Of a stretch of DNA of 64,000 nucleotides, positions 48,687 to 59,470 are shown in pieces (positions within the stretch are counted from its first letter, which is position 1; each line of letters opens with the position of its first letter). Source of the DNA: Chloroflexota bacterium (GTDB taxonomy: Bacteria; Chloroflexota; UBA11872; VXOZ01); contig OZ244922.1 of assembly GCA_965221905.1 (NCBI GenBank), forward strand, positions 1-64,000. Reading direction: 5' to 3'. The notes under the pieces were generated by a model. It had not been told where the DNA came from. It worked only from the letters and a program-made list of their open reading frames with translations, and did not search any database. A program made the translations under genes and the position numbers.

Positions 48687-49979
48687 ATGGACTCACCGCT
48701 GTTTACACACTTCCGGCGAGCAGAAATACTTGCTGTTCTGGCGTACCGCAACTTCCGCTACCTATTCTTGGCGCAGGTTGTTAGTGGCGTTGGCGATGCG
48801 ATCTACTGGGTTGCCCTTCCCTGGCTCGTTCTCCAAGAAGTGGGAACTGCGATGGCCGTGGGCATAACCAGCGCCGCTGCTGTGATACCGTTCATCATTC
48901 TGTCACCGCTTGCCGGCGTGCTCGCGGACCGGGTGGACCGCAAGTTGCTCATGATACTTTCACATGTAGCGCGGGTGGCAGTATTGGCGGCGCTACTAGT
49001 AGCGGGGCGCATGACGTCTTTGGACACGTTGCACTTTGCCATTGCCGGGTTCTTCCTCACCGCGGCAGGTCTGCTCATCTATCCCGCCCGTGCGGCGATC
49101 CTGCCCAACCTGCTGCCGAAAGAGAAGCTGGTTGCGGGAAATGCCGCCTTAGCGGCGGGTATGCAGGCAGTCAGGGTCGGCGGTACAGCCGCAGCAGGGT
49201 TCCTCTTTGCAACTATCGGCGGCCTGAATGCACTTGGCGGCGTTCTCATTACGTATGGCATCGCGGCAATGCTGATTAGCAGAGTTAAGGCCCCCGCGCA
49301 GACCGGAATTCGGAGCACGGTCAGCACAGGAGGCAAGCCTCACGTGAGGCTGGCGAGCATGCTGAGAGACACCAAGTCAGACTTAGTACTTTCGGTGTCT
49401 TTCATTCTCAAGCACCCCTTGATACGCGCCATGGCCGTTGCAGGAGTGGTACTCAACGCGTTCCACTATCCGGCAATGGGACTATTGCTTCCCGTGTATT
49501 TCCGCCAAGCGCTAGAGGCGGGTCCGGAATCGTTCGGCCTGTTCAGCGCCATTGAATCCGCTGCCATTCTCATCGCTCTGCCGGCGGCGCCGTGGCTGGC
49601 AAGACAACTCGGCGACGGCAAGCTCAGCTCGCTCGCGCTTGCCGCCATGGGCATTCTGGTAGCGGGGTTAGCGATTACGGGGCAGCTCTGGCACGTGTTT
49701 GCCATTGCTGTCCTGATGGGATTCCTGACTGCCGGTGTGCTGCCGATGCAGAGCCTCGTGCAAGCGGAGACCCCCGATCACTTGCGCGGGAAAGTGGTGG
49801 CAAATCTCGTAGTGATCAACGCCGCGTTCACGCCTTTCACCGCGCTGTTGGGTGGATTCTTTATCGATGCGACGGGGGCTAGACCTATCTACTTGGTCAC
49901 CGGAATTGTCGTGGTTCTCTCCGGAGTCGGCCTCCTGCTGGTGAAAGAAGTCCGACAGGCACGGCTCACGCTGCCTTAG
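48687..49979 (+). CDS. MFS transporter (macrolide-efflux/DHA3-like)
   Basis: RNFRYLF, AGVLADRVDRK, QAETPDHLRGKV. Confidence 0.92.
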   Translation: MDSPLFTHFRRAEILAVLAYRNFRYLFLAQVVSGVGDAIYWVALPWLVLQEVGTAMAVGITSAAAVIPFIILSPLAGVLADRVDRKLLMILSHVARVAVLAALLVAGRMTSLDTLHFAIAGFFLTAAGLLIYPARAAILPNLLPKEKLVAGNAALAAGMQAVRVGGTAAAGFLFATIGGLNALGGVLITYGIAAMLISRVKAPAQTGIRSTVSTGGKPHVRLASMLRDTKSDLVLSVSFILKHPLIRAMAVAGVVLNAFHYPAMGLLLPVYFRQALEAGPESFGLFSAIESAAILIALPAAPWLARQLGDGKLSSLALAAMGILVAGLAITGQLWHVFAIAVLMGFLTAGVLPMQSLVQAETPDHLRGKVVANLVVINAAFTPFTALLGGFFIDATGARPIYLVTGIVVVLSGVGLLLVKEVRQARLTLP

Positions 49980-50139
49980 AGCACATGCGGCTGAAGGTAG
50001 CCCAAGCAGACCGGCTGTAAACAACGGCGAGTGCACATGAGGAAAAACAGGAATTCGTCAAAATCGAGCCGGTAGAGCGGGGCGTGGCTGAGGCTACACT
50101 GCACCTGATGCTCGCCTAGCCGGCGTATCGGCAGCTCTG

Positions 50140-50433
50140 CTAGAGCAAGCGGCGGCGGGTTTGCAAACGAATCTGCTGGGGATCGGCCGCGGGGTCGTCG
50201 GCAGGGCGCAACTCTAGAAAGATGCCGCCGGACTGTCCGATCACGGTGCCGGCAAGCTGCTGCGCCGCGTCGTCTTCACCGGTCAGTTCCCAGATGACAA
50301 CGGTATCGTCTATCTCCATCGGCACCGACTTCCTGCCGCCGGGCGGAATGCGATGCACCACCGTATCACCGTTCACTGTGATACGCTGTGGGGAACTCCC
50401 CGTATTCGTATAGTCCAGGCGATACACCGCCAC
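50140..50433 (-). CDS. Small hypothetical protein
   Basis: 97-aa ORF, beta-rich appearance, GGAG upstream of GTG. Confidence 0.5.
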   Translation of the reverse strand: MAVYRLDYTNTGSSPQRITVNGDTVVHRIPPGGRKSVPMEIDDTVVIWELTGEDDAAQQLAGTVIGQSGGIFLELRPADDPAADPQQIRLQTRRRLL

Positions 50434-50663
50434 CGGTTCTGCCGCTCCTTATTGCGCGTTGCGTGCGCCGCTCAATGGCATGTCTGCACTCCATGATACC
50501 AAGTCTCTCACTAAGCAACACAAGGCCCGCTTCGCAGCACCGTGGTTGCGCGCACATCACACCAAGTTGCCAAACATGTAATCGCAGGTGGTAGCAATCC
50601 TCTTGCAGTGGTAAGTATAATGGGCGAAAAGGAACGCTCCTCGCTTTGCAGAGGGTGGTCGCG

Positions 50664-51392
50664 ATGCCGACCCTAGTCACACCACAACACTACGATTCAG
50701 CCCTGTCCACGGACCAGACTCCTGCCGTGCGGGCATTTGCCGCAGCGCTTGCAGAGGGAGAGCATTGGTATGGCGCGATCCTAAGCGCCGTGCACCTCTG
50801 GAGTGGTGATGAGGAATGTTACGGCGGGCGCCACTTTCGCTTCATGATTGCCGGTGAAGCGCTTGACTTATTGCTCGTCTTGGAACGCATTAGCTGGGAC
50901 TGCCGGCATCTCCTGCCGCAAGAAGAACGCGATGCGCTCTTCTTCTATGCACGACCGCCCTATACCTATTCGGATACAGAGTTCGCGCACCTGCTGGGAG
51001 AAGAGAAGTACTGCTCGTACCTCAACTATTTTTATGGCGTAACCCTGGAAGAGGTGCTCCTGCACGCGGTGGAAGACGAGATACTAAAGGCCACGAATTA
51101 CGGCCTTACGCGCGACCGGCGCGATCCGGAAAGCCCCTATACGCGCTTGTACGGCAAGAAGGAACATGAACTCCTGCAGGAATTCAGCGCAGAACGTGAT
51201 CGTCCCGTGAATGGAGCCATTACGCTCACCGAGTGGAAAGAGTTTCTCTACTGGCTCTTCAAGCAGCGGGTTGCCAAATCCCTGCCGGAGCGCCTCGCCA
51301 GCGACACGCAGAAGGGCTTGGACACGCTGCGCAGGCTGCGCGGCACATACCCGGCGGGACCCTTTGACACGCTGCGGGGGTACCGCGAGTAA
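50664..51392 (+). CDS. Conserved hypothetical protein (Chloroflexota-type)
   Basis: HWY.A.L.A..LW, IAGEA.D.LL.LER, LNYFYGV..EE, EF.YWLFK.R, ASDT.KGL motifs, recalled from Dehalococcoidia-type proteins. Confidence 0.8.
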   Translation: MPTLVTPQHYDSALSTDQTPAVRAFAAALAEGEHWYGAILSAVHLWSGDEECYGGRHFRFMIAGEALDLLLVLERISWDCRHLLPQEERDALFFYARPPYTYSDTEFAHLLGEEKYCSYLNYFYGVTLEEVLLHAVEDEILKATNYGLTRDRRDPESPYTRLYGKKEHELLQEFSAERDRPVNGAITLTEWKEFLYWLFKQRVAKSLPERLASDTQKGLDTLRRLRGTYPAGPFDTLRGYRE

Positions 51393-51646
51393 TGCGCCAA
51401 CTGTTTTTGCTCCTCACGGCGCTCGTCCTGGCGCTGGTGCTCTGGGTGGAGTTCCGCACGCGCCTCTCACGCAGCCTCAAGATTGTGGCCTGGCTCATTC
51501 CCTCCATGCTTGTCATACGTCTTTTCTTCAACTGGTCGTGGGAGGACGCCATTTACCTGGGGCTCATAGTTGGAATTGGCGGCCTGGTGTGGCTGGCAGT
51601 TTGGTATGTCACGGGCCGTATTGTCCGCGATCAGACCGGGAAATAG
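51392..51646 (+). CDS. Small membrane protein
   Basis: Three hydrophobic segments; TAATG coupling to the upstream gene. Confidence 0.7.
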   Translation: MRQLFLLLTALVLALVLWVEFRTRLSRSLKIVAWLIPSMLVIRLFFNWSWEDAIYLGLIVGIGGLVWLAVWYVTGRIVRDQTGK

Positions 51647-51715
51647 CGCCATTTGAATTGACGCAACCGGCTCGTTGCCGAATAATAGATACAGAACTCT
51701 CAAGGGATGCTCACT

Positions 51716-52117
51716 ATGCCGGATAAAATGTCCAAACGCGAAGAGCAAGAGGTGCGGCGGCTGCTCGACGGCATTGAAGTCTACGTGCCTGAAGAGAAGC
51801 AGCACATTCGCCGTACGCCGCCGTCAATGCAGCGTGTGCTTTTTGCCATTTTCGACCGCTTCGGCTCTAGCGGCACGCTGCTGCTGCTGGGTTTCGGTGG
51901 TCTGGTCTTAGGCAATGTATTGCGTCTCACGTTTCCGCTGGCGGCCCCACTGCTTGGTACCGCTGCTGCGTGCTGTTTTGGCGCCGCTTTGTTCCTCGCC
52001 TTCCGTGGCAAGCGAAAAGGGCCGACAAAGATGTGGCGCGGTCGCGAAATGACCGACTCATCCCCGAGTATGCTCGAGCGCCTGCAACGCAGATTGCAGT
52101 CGCGCCGCCGCTTTTAG
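51716..52117 (+). CDS. Two-TM hypothetical protein
   Basis: E..RLL N-terminus, two TM segments, K.WRGR C-terminal motif. Confidence 0.72.
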   Translation: MPDKMSKREEQEVRRLLDGIEVYVPEEKQHIRRTPPSMQRVLFAIFDRFGSSGTLLLLGFGGLVLGNVLRLTFPLAAPLLGTAAACCFGAALFLAFRGKRKGPTKMWRGREMTDSSPSMLERLQRRLQSRRRF

Positions 52118-52201
52118 CTTGTCAACGAGCACGGCACAGTTTTTACAGCCAATAAAGACGTTGGCTAGATTTCGCCCCTCAGTCGCTTAAGGAGAACAAC
52201 G

Positions 52202-54640
52202 ATGTTTCAGCGGCTCCTCCCGAATCCTGCACACGCACTTAGCCTAATCGGTCGACACATGTCTTTGGGCCGCTGGGTCGGACTGCTTTGCCTGAGTGGT
52301 GTCTTTTTACTGACCGCGGCTACCAATCAGTCGCCGTGCACAGAAGCTATTGACGGCGCAGATTGCGAAGCCCTTATATTTGGCGAGCTTGGTGACGTGC
52401 TGCGCGGCGAAGGCGGAGGAACCCTAAATTGGAGCCTTGAGACTCCTGTCAGCGAGTGGACCGGCGTTACCATCGACCCCGATACCAAGCGCGTCACTCG
52501 CATCGACCTCCGAAATCTGGATCTACGGGGAACCATTCCCGCCAGCCTGGGCCTCCTCACCGGCCTGGAGCGGCTGTGGCTTTCCGGCAACCAATTGACC
52601 GGTGACATTCCAACGGAGTTGGGCAACCTTTTCAATCTGGAGTGGATCGCACTGCGCGGCAACCAATTGACCGGCTGTGTCCCGGACGAATTCCACGACG
52701 TCCCGTATGGCGACGTGAGCCAGCTTGGCCTGCCGTATTGTGCCGAGAACGAACACGCGACGCTCTTGGCAGTCCGAGACGCGCTCGTCGGCGACGGCAC
52801 AGCCCTGAATTGGGCTGAAGACCTCGACGTCAGCGAGTGGGACGGGGTTGGCATCAATTTCCTGAAGCGCGTGACCTTCTTAAGCCTTTCGGAACACGGT
52901 TTGCGGGGCATCCTGCCGGCGGAGTTGGGTAGCCTTTCCCATTTGGCATCGCTCAATCTCTCGCGTAACCTCCTGAGCGGCGCGCTACCCGCGGCGTTGG
53001 GTCGTCTCACCAACTTAAGGACGCTGAATCTCTCACGCAACGGCCTGACCGGCGAGATACCGGTGGAACTCAGTTATCTCTCCAACCTGAGATCGCTTTC
53101 CCTCCATTACAACCGCTTGTCCGGCGAAATACCGGCGGAGTTCGGCAACCTTTCCAACCTGAGCTCCCTGGTGCTCTCCTTCAACCAACTAAGTGGCGAG
53201 ATTCCGGTAGAGCTGACCACCCTCCCCGAATTGTCGACATTGCACATCTCGTTCAACCGGCTGACCGGCGCGATTCCGGCGGAGATTGGCAACCTCTCCA
53301 ACCTGAGGACGCTGGTGCTCTGGAACAATCAGCTCACCGGTCCCATCCCGCTGGAGTTGGGCAATCTCACCGAACTGAGCAGTATTGACCTCGACAATAA
53401 CTTCCTTTCCGGTGAGATACCGGTGGAGTTGGGCAACCTTACCGAACTGCAAGACTTGTGGCTGGACAATAACCGCCTGACCGGCGAAATTCCGGTGGAA
53501 CTGGGCAACCTCCCCAACCTGTGGGCACTGGGCCTCGCCGGCAACCAACTGACCGGTACCATCCCGGCTGAACTGGGCAACATCCCGTTCATAGCCTATT
53601 TGGTCCTCAGCGGGAACCAACTGACCGGCAGCATACCGCCCGAACTGGGTAACCTTGTTCATCTGCGAGACTTCAATCTCTCCGACAATCGACTCACCGG
53701 TGAGATACCCGTGGAAATAGCGAATCTTGCCTTTGTGCGGACCTTTAGGCTCTCTAACAACAGGCTCACGGGTACGATACCGGTGGTGTTGGGCGATCTT
53801 CTCTACCTGGAGGAGTTGTCCCTGGCTTCCAACCAGCTGACGGGCAGCATACCGGCGAGCTTGAGTAACCCCGGCAAACTCGAGGTGTTAGACCTCAGCG
53901 ATAACAAACTAAGCGGCTCTATACCCGCCTCGCTGGGCAGTCTCTCAAGCCTGGGCGAAATTGACCTCTCCCACAACCACCTCACCGGCGAGATACCGGT
54001 GGAATTGGGCGACCTTGCCAGTTTGACTATATTGGACTTGGGCCATAACCGGCTGACGGGAACCATACCGATTGAGTTGAGCAAGCTCCGCAACTTGCAG
54101 TCGCTCGGCCTTTGGAACAACCAGCTTACTGGCAGCATTCCGGCTGAACTCGGCGATCTGGCGAACTTGCGGGCCATGGACATGCGCCACAATCAGCTCT
54201 CGGGCGAGCTTCCGGCAACGTTGGGTAATCTCTCCAATCTGCGTGAGTTGGACATCGACGAGAACCAGTTTTCCGGCAGCATTCCGGCGGAACTGGGCAA
54301 CTTGATCAGCTTGCGCGAGTTGGACCTCAACGAGAACCAGCTTACGGGCAGCATTCCGGCCACCCTGGGCAACCTGACGAACCTGGAATGGCTGGACCTG
54401 GACGAGAACCAGCTTTCCGGCAGCATTCCGGCTGAACTCGGTAACCTGGTTAACCTGCAGACGTTAGACCTGGGTGAAAATCAATTGAGCGGCAGTATTC
54501 CCGCCGCGCTGGGCAACCTCGCTACCTTGAGCAAGTTGGATCTCAGCGGGAACCAGCTTAGCGGGTGCATTCCGACTGCGCTGCGTAACGTCGAGTACAG
54601 CGACCTCGATCAACTCGATTTGGCGTTCTGCAGCAACTGA
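52202..54640 (+). CDS. Secreted leucine-rich-repeat protein with plant-receptor-type 24-aa LRRs
   Basis: More than 20 copies of LxxLxLxxNxLxGxIPxELGN; two W..W.GV capping modules; AAGGAG RBS. Confidence 0.96.
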   Translation: MFQRLLPNPAHALSLIGRHMSLGRWVGLLCLSGVFLLTAATNQSPCTEAIDGADCEALIFGELGDVLRGEGGGTLNWSLETPVSEWTGVTIDPDTKRVTRIDLRNLDLRGTIPASLGLLTGLERLWLSGNQLTGDIPTELGNLFNLEWIALRGNQLTGCVPDEFHDVPYGDVSQLGLPYCAENEHATLLAVRDALVGDGTALNWAEDLDVSEWDGVGINFLKRVTFLSLSEHGLRGILPAELGSLSHLASLNLSRNLLSGALPAALGRLTNLRTLNLSRNGLTGEIPVELSYLSNLRSLSLHYNRLSGEIPAEFGNLSNLSSLVLSFNQLSGEIPVELTTLPELSTLHISFNRLTGAIPAEIGNLSNLRTLVLWNNQLTGPIPLELGNLTELSSIDLDNNFLSGEIPVELGNLTELQDLWLDNNRLTGEIPVELGNLPNLWALGLAGNQLTGTIPAELGNIPFIAYLVLSGNQLTGSIPPELGNLVHLRDFNLSDNRLTGEIPVEIANLAFVRTFRLSNNRLTGTIPVVLGDLLYLEELSLASNQLTGSIPASLSNPGKLEVLDLSDNKLSGSIPASLGSLSSLGEIDLSHNHLTGEIPVELGDLASLTILDLGHNRLTGTIPIELSKLRNLQSLGLWNNQLTGSIPAELGDLANLRAMDMRHNQLSGELPATLGNLSNLRELDIDENQFSGSIPAELGNLISLRELDLNENQLTGSIPATLGNLTNLEWLDLDENQLSGSIPAELGNLVNLQTLDLGENQLSGSIPAALGNLATLSKLDLSGNQLSGCIPTALRNVEYSDLDQLDLAFCSN

Positions 54641-54690
54641 GCGGCATTGCTACGTTTTCACATAGCGATGCTTCCAAGGGCGGAGAAGAG

Positions 54691-54727
54691 GTGATCAGAC
54701 TGGCGGCATAGCCGCCAGTCTGATCAC
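54691..54727. terminator. Perfect 17-bp stem hairpin between the LRR gene and nadD
   Basis: GTGATCAGACTGGCGGC-ata-GCCGCCAGTCTGATCAC. Confidence 0.6.
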
Positions 54728-54764
54728 AGTTTCCGCAGGAGTTACTGAAGCGGCGTTACCGTCA

Positions 54765-55367
54765 ATGCGCATCGGCATCCTGGGCGGCACCTTCGACCCA
54801 ATCCACTGCGGTCACTTGATTGCGGCAGAGCATGCACGCACGGTGCAACAGCTTGACCGCGTGCTCTTCGTGCCGGCCAATCGTTCGCCGCTTAAGCCTG
54901 CCACGCAGGCCGCTACCGCGCACCGGGTAGCCATGGTACGCCTGGCCATTGCAGGCAATGCGGCCTTTGCGCTCTCCACGGTAGACATCGACCGTCCTCC
55001 ACCCAGCTATGCCGTTGATACTGTATCGATGCTCCAGCGCAACTGGCCCGGAGCCGAATTCGTCTTTCTCATCGGCGCCGACCAACTCGCGGAGTTACCG
55101 CAATGGCGCGCCCCCGAGCAACTCTTAGAAACAGTACCCATCGTCGCCCTCACTCGCCCTGGGGCAGCGCGCGCGGCCGCGGCCGGCCTGAAGGCACTCT
55201 CACCCGCGGCGCGCACACGCATCACCGTGCAAGAGATTCCAGCGATAGACATCTCCGCAAGCGCGATTCGGCAGCGTGTTGCCTGCGGTGAAACAGTCCG
55301 CCACCTCGCCCCGGCTTCCGTAGTCGAATACATCGAGACGCACAAGCTCTACCACCCCCCCGAATGA
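54765..55367 (+). CDS. nadD: Nicotinate-nucleotide adenylyltransferase
   Basis: GGTFDPIHCGH, FLIGAD, ISASAIR. Confidence 0.96.
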   Translation: MRIGILGGTFDPIHCGHLIAAEHARTVQQLDRVLFVPANRSPLKPATQAATAHRVAMVRLAIAGNAAFALSTVDIDRPPPSYAVDTVSMLQRNWPGAEFVFLIGADQLAELPQWRAPEQLLETVPIVALTRPGAARAAAAGLKALSPAARTRITVQEIPAIDISASAIRQRVACGETVRHLAPASVVEYIETHKLYHPPE

Positions 55368-55589
55368 TGAGGACAAGACGTAACGGCAACGGCAGCAGTC
55401 ACTCTCCCTTCCCATGTGAGTGACGTGCGGACAGCGTACAATAGTGGCGCAGGTGCGATAGATTTTTCGCTGCAGTCGCAATGACGATGAGAGCCCGCGC
55501 CCACAATTGGACAAGCCTATCCTCTCAGAAGGATAGTTGAAGAACCCGAAAAATGAGGGCCGCGGAGTCACCGAACACTAGGGGGGGTG

Positions 55590-55598
55590 TGCTATAAT
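55590..55598 (+). promoter_or_regulatory. Extended -10 element positioned for leaderless rsfS mRNA
   Basis: TGcTATAAT ending 7 nt before ATG 55606; no SD in the gap. Confidence 0.65.
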
Positions 55599-55605
55599 TA
55601 TACCG

Positions 55606-55950
55606 ATGGATGGCTTAGAGAAAGCGAAGCTTGCAGTCGATATTATGGCCGAACACGGTGGCGCCGACATTGCGCTGCTGGATATTCGACGTCAGACTGT
55701 TGTGGCCGATTTCTTCGTACTGTGTTCAGCGGATTCTACGCCGCAACTACGTGCGATAGTGGAGCACATCGAAGGAGAATTGAAGACGCGCGGCGAGTCG
55801 CCGCTTCGCAGCGAAGGCAAAGGTGACGGTGGCTGGGTTGTGCTTGATTACGGTGAAGTGATGGTGCACGTGTTCTCAAGCGATATGCGCGAGTACTACC
55901 GTCTTGAGCGCCTGTGGTCGCAAGCAACCACCATACTGCGTGTGCAGTGA
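55606..55950 (+). CDS. rsfS: Ribosome silencing factor
   Basis: ADFFVLCS, WVVLDYG...HVF...REYY.LE.LW. Confidence 0.95.
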   Translation: MDGLEKAKLAVDIMAEHGGADIALLDIRRQTVVADFFVLCSADSTPQLRAIVEHIEGELKTRGESPLRSEGKGDGGWVVLDYGEVMVHVFSSDMREYYRLERLWSQATTILRVQ

Positions 55951-56080
55951 CCCGCGATCCCGCTACGCGCCGCGCTAATGGATAGAGCCAGCGGCTCGAT
56001 GGCGACGTAAGCTACGGCGATAATGGGAAGAGACACCCCGCCTCATGGCTTTCTTCGCCGCAGCAAGGGGGAATGATACT

Positions 56081-56272
56081 GTGCAAAGTTTGAAACTTGC
56101 GGAAGAAGGCCACTTCGTTTGGGGTGTTGCTCTCGGTGCTGTGTGCGGTTTGCTTCTCGGTTCAGTCATTGGTACGCTCCTCGGCCACGACAGTGTCTCG
56201 TACCTGCGTCGCATGACGCAACGCTTGCTCGGCCGCGACGAGGACGTGAATTTCGAAATCTTCGTGCAGTAG
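56081..56272 (+). CDS. Small single-TM hypothetical protein
   Basis: AAGGGGG RBS before GTG 56081; Gly-rich TM segment; C-terminal VNFEIFVQ. Confidence 0.6.
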   Translation: MQSLKLAEEGHFVWGVALGAVCGLLLGSVIGTLLGHDSVSYLRRMTQRLLGRDEDVNFEIFVQ

Positions 56273-56722
56273 CGCACGTACCCAGTCCCTCTTCCTCTCC
56301 TTCGACCGCCGCCTGCCGTGAATCGGTTAGTTGCGGCGGCATCTCTACAACGCGCATTGCTTACCGCAGTCCCTTAGTCCTTCCCATGGTGATCGACAGT
56401 TCTCTTAGTGGGATACCACGGCACGGGCACTCGCTAAGCGCGCCGCGCCTCTCGACATGGAAAACGACAAGCTAGCGGTACGGCATTGTACGCCTTTGCT
56501 TTATAGCGGTCTTGGAAGGGCCTTTAGCCAACCCCAAACGATGGTTGGCGTGCTCACAACAAGATGAGCTCACTGCAAGTGTGCTTACTACAAACGGAAG
56601 TAGCGGGTGTCCGCCAAAACGCCAGTATCCGTTCGTCCTGAGCCTGTCGAAGGATGAACGGATTGCGATTTTCACAGCCGTTACGCAGGGCACAGCAAAA
56701 TCGGGCTTCTGCGAACCAGCCC

Positions 56723-59098
56723 CTATTGCGCGAGTTCCACCACGGTAGCGCCGTCGCCGCCTTCCCGTGCCGGGGCGGTGTGAAAGCGGCGTACGAGGGG
56801 ATGGCCGCGCAGCATCTCGTGCACGGCGGCGCGCAGCGCGCCGGTACCCTTGCCGTGGATGATGCGCACGCTCTTCAGGCCGCTGTGGAGCGCCTGATCG
56901 AGGTAGCGGTCCACGGTACCCATGCTCTCTTCCGCGCGATTGCCCCGGATATCGAGTTCACTCGGCACTGTCGGCGCGGTCGGCGTAATATCCCGCTGCC
57001 TCGATTCCTGTTCAGCGCTCCGCTCCTGCATCTCAACCAAGGTAATTTCATCGAGCGGCACGCGAGTCTTGATCTGCCCGAGTTGCAGCGCCACCAGACC
57101 ACGCGCATCCGGGGTCGCGACCACCTGTCCCGCCATCTCCCAGCCGCGCACCCGCACGGTATCGCCCACGGCGAGGGAGGGTGGTTCCCCCACTTGTCGT
57201 GTCGCCCGTTCCCGCGACCGCATCTCCCGCTGCCGCTCGCGGGCCTGCGAGGCAGCATGCTCTAGCAGCTTGCGGTTGGCTTGCATCGGAGCGGAAAAAA
57301 CTTTCGCCTGACGCACCAGCGCTTCGATCTGCTGCAGCAATTCTGCCGCTTCCTGGGTCGCATGATTCCACGCCGCGGTCTTTTGGTCGGCTATTGCCTC
57401 CTCCATATCCCGCACTCGCGCCGCCAGTTCGTCGCGCTGCGCTTCCACCGCAGTGCGGTCGTAGGCCAGGTGCTCCCGCTCCGCCTTGAGCTGTTCCGTC
57501 TCCTCCCGCAGGGAGATCAGCAACGCATCCACCGCCTGTTCGGTAGGGCTAAACCGCGCCTCCGCCTCCGCCGCGATAGCGGGGTTGAGACCCAGACGCC
57601 CGGCAATTTGCAGCGCATGGCTCGTGCCGGGCATGCCGATGGAGAGCACGTACGTCGGCGCCAGCCGTTCCACGTCAAATTCGACGCTGGCGTTCTGCAT
57701 GGACTCCTCCACGTGGGCCAGCGCTTTCACCGCCGAGAAGTGGCTCGTCGCCACCGTTGGCACACGCTTGTCGCGTAGATTGAGGAGAATCGCCTGCGCC
57801 AACGCCGACCCTTCCTGGGGATCGGTGCCCGCGCCAAGCTCGTCGAACAGCACCAATGATCGCTCATCGGCTTCATCGAGTATGGGAATGATCTTGGAGA
57901 GGTGCGACGAGAAGGTGGAAAGACTCTGCTCGATGCTCTGCTCGTCGCCAATGTCGGCGTGCACCTGCCGGAACACCGCCAGCCGCGAGCCTATCGCCAC
58001 CGGCAAGTGCAGTCCGCACTGCCCCATGAGCGTGAGCAAGCCGACGGTCTTGAGCGCCACGGTCTTGCCGCCGGTATTCGGTCCAGTGATTACGAGTACG
58101 TAGAAAGGTTGCGCCCGCTCGCGATGGGGGTCCTGCCCCAAGTAGACGTCAATGGGCACTACCGTACCGGTGAGGAGCGGATGCTTGGCCTGCCGAAACG
58201 AGAAACGGTAACCGGCAACGACGGTTGGCTGTTCGGCGTCAATTTTATCGGCGTAGCGCGCTTTGGCAAGAATGATGTCGATTGCGGCCAAGGTGCCCAC
58301 GTTTTCGTTGAGCTCCTGCTGGTATACGCCCACCTCAGCCGAAAGGGCCCGCAGAATGCGGTCTACTTCGCGTTTCTCTTCGCGCTGGACGCTGCGCCAG
58401 CGGTTATTGATCTCCACCACGTCCAGCGGTTCCACGAATACTGTCGCACCGCTGGAGGACTCATCATGCACGATGCCTTTCACACGACCGCGAAACTCGG
58501 ATTTCACCGGCAGGACGTAGCGGTCCGACCGCAGCGTGACAATCGGGTCTTGCAGGTAGGTGAGATACTCAGGCGCCCGCACCAGGGCCTGCATGCGGTC
58601 GAGCAGTTGGTTATGCACCGCGCGCACATCGAGGCGCAGCGAACGCAGCAGCGGACTGGCGCTATCCAGCACGTCGGCATCCTGTCCAATCGCCTGCTCG
58701 ATGGCGCCCTGCAGGGGATCGCACCGCATGATCTCCCGCGCCAGCAGGCTGAGGTGCGGGAACGACTCTGCGCGCCGCACGAGCATCTCACGCGTCATGC
58801 GCCCGCTCCGCACGGTGTCCGACACCTCCAGCAAAGCCGCCGGGTCCAGCACGCCGCCCCGGGCGGCATAGTCCACGAGACCGCGCACGTCATGGGCCGG
58901 GCCGATGGTGAAGTTCGGATGCAGGCGCAACAAATCCCGCGCTTCGGCGGTCTCCGCCAAGAGACGCTCCACCGCTTCCGGCTCCGTCGCCGGCATAAGC
59001 TCTTCCGCCAACGCCTTGCTGGCAGAAAAGTGCGCCTGCTCCGTCAGGAGCGCCCGAATCTTGGGGAATTCGAGAAGTTCGAGGGTCTTAGGATTCAT
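56723..59098 (-). CDS. mutS2: Endonuclease MutS2
   Basis: ITGPNTGGKT, IEQSLSTFSSH, DELGAGTDP, Smr domain IIHGKGTG. Confidence 0.97.
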   Translation of the reverse strand: MNPKTLELLEFPKIRALLTEQAHFSASKALAEELMPATEPEAVERLLAETAEARDLLRLHPNFTIGPAHDVRGLVDYAARGGVLDPAALLEVSDTVRSGRMTREMLVRRAESFPHLSLLAREIMRCDPLQGAIEQAIGQDADVLDSASPLLRSLRLDVRAVHNQLLDRMQALVRAPEYLTYLQDPIVTLRSDRYVLPVKSEFRGRVKGIVHDESSSGATVFVEPLDVVEINNRWRSVQREEKREVDRILRALSAEVGVYQQELNENVGTLAAIDIILAKARYADKIDAEQPTVVAGYRFSFRQAKHPLLTGTVVPIDVYLGQDPHRERAQPFYVLVITGPNTGGKTVALKTVGLLTLMGQCGLHLPVAIGSRLAVFRQVHADIGDEQSIEQSLSTFSSHLSKIIPILDEADERSLVLFDELGAGTDPQEGSALAQAILLNLRDKRVPTVATSHFSAVKALAHVEESMQNASVEFDVERLAPTYVLSIGMPGTSHALQIAGRLGLNPAIAAEAEARFSPTEQAVDALLISLREETEQLKAEREHLAYDRTAVEAQRDELAARVRDMEEAIADQKTAAWNHATQEAAELLQQIEALVRQAKVFSAPMQANRKLLEHAASQARERQREMRSRERATRQVGEPPSLAVGDTVRVRGWEMAGQVVATPDARGLVALQLGQIKTRVPLDEITLVEMQERSAEQESRQRDITPTAPTVPSELDIRGNRAEESMGTVDRYLDQALHSGLKSVRIIHGKGTGALRAAVHEMLRGHPLVRRFHTAPAREGGDGATVVELAQ

Positions 59099-59470
59099 GG
59101 GCCTGGTTTATTGCTTATTCCGGTTTGACTGTCAATTCAATCCGTCATTTCCGCGAACGTGTGAATATAACCGAAAATCCGTCATTCCGCGAAAGCGGGA
59201 ATCCATCTTCCACGCGGGATTCGACCATGTGTCGGCTGCAGTGCCACCTTTCTAGTGTAGCCTGCGCGGGCAGCCGAGGGTAGAGCTTTGTGTCGGTGCA
59301 ATAGCATTAGCTAATGCGATAAGTTACGTAGCGCCCACTGTCCGGTAGCGCAGGTTTGAAACCTGCGCCCATCGAGTCAGAGCAGTCTGCATCATATTGC
59401 AAACAGAGTCCTGTACTGGAGGGTTGGAGACAGCCAAGGGGGGATGCGCGAACGGAAATCTGCTGGATCT

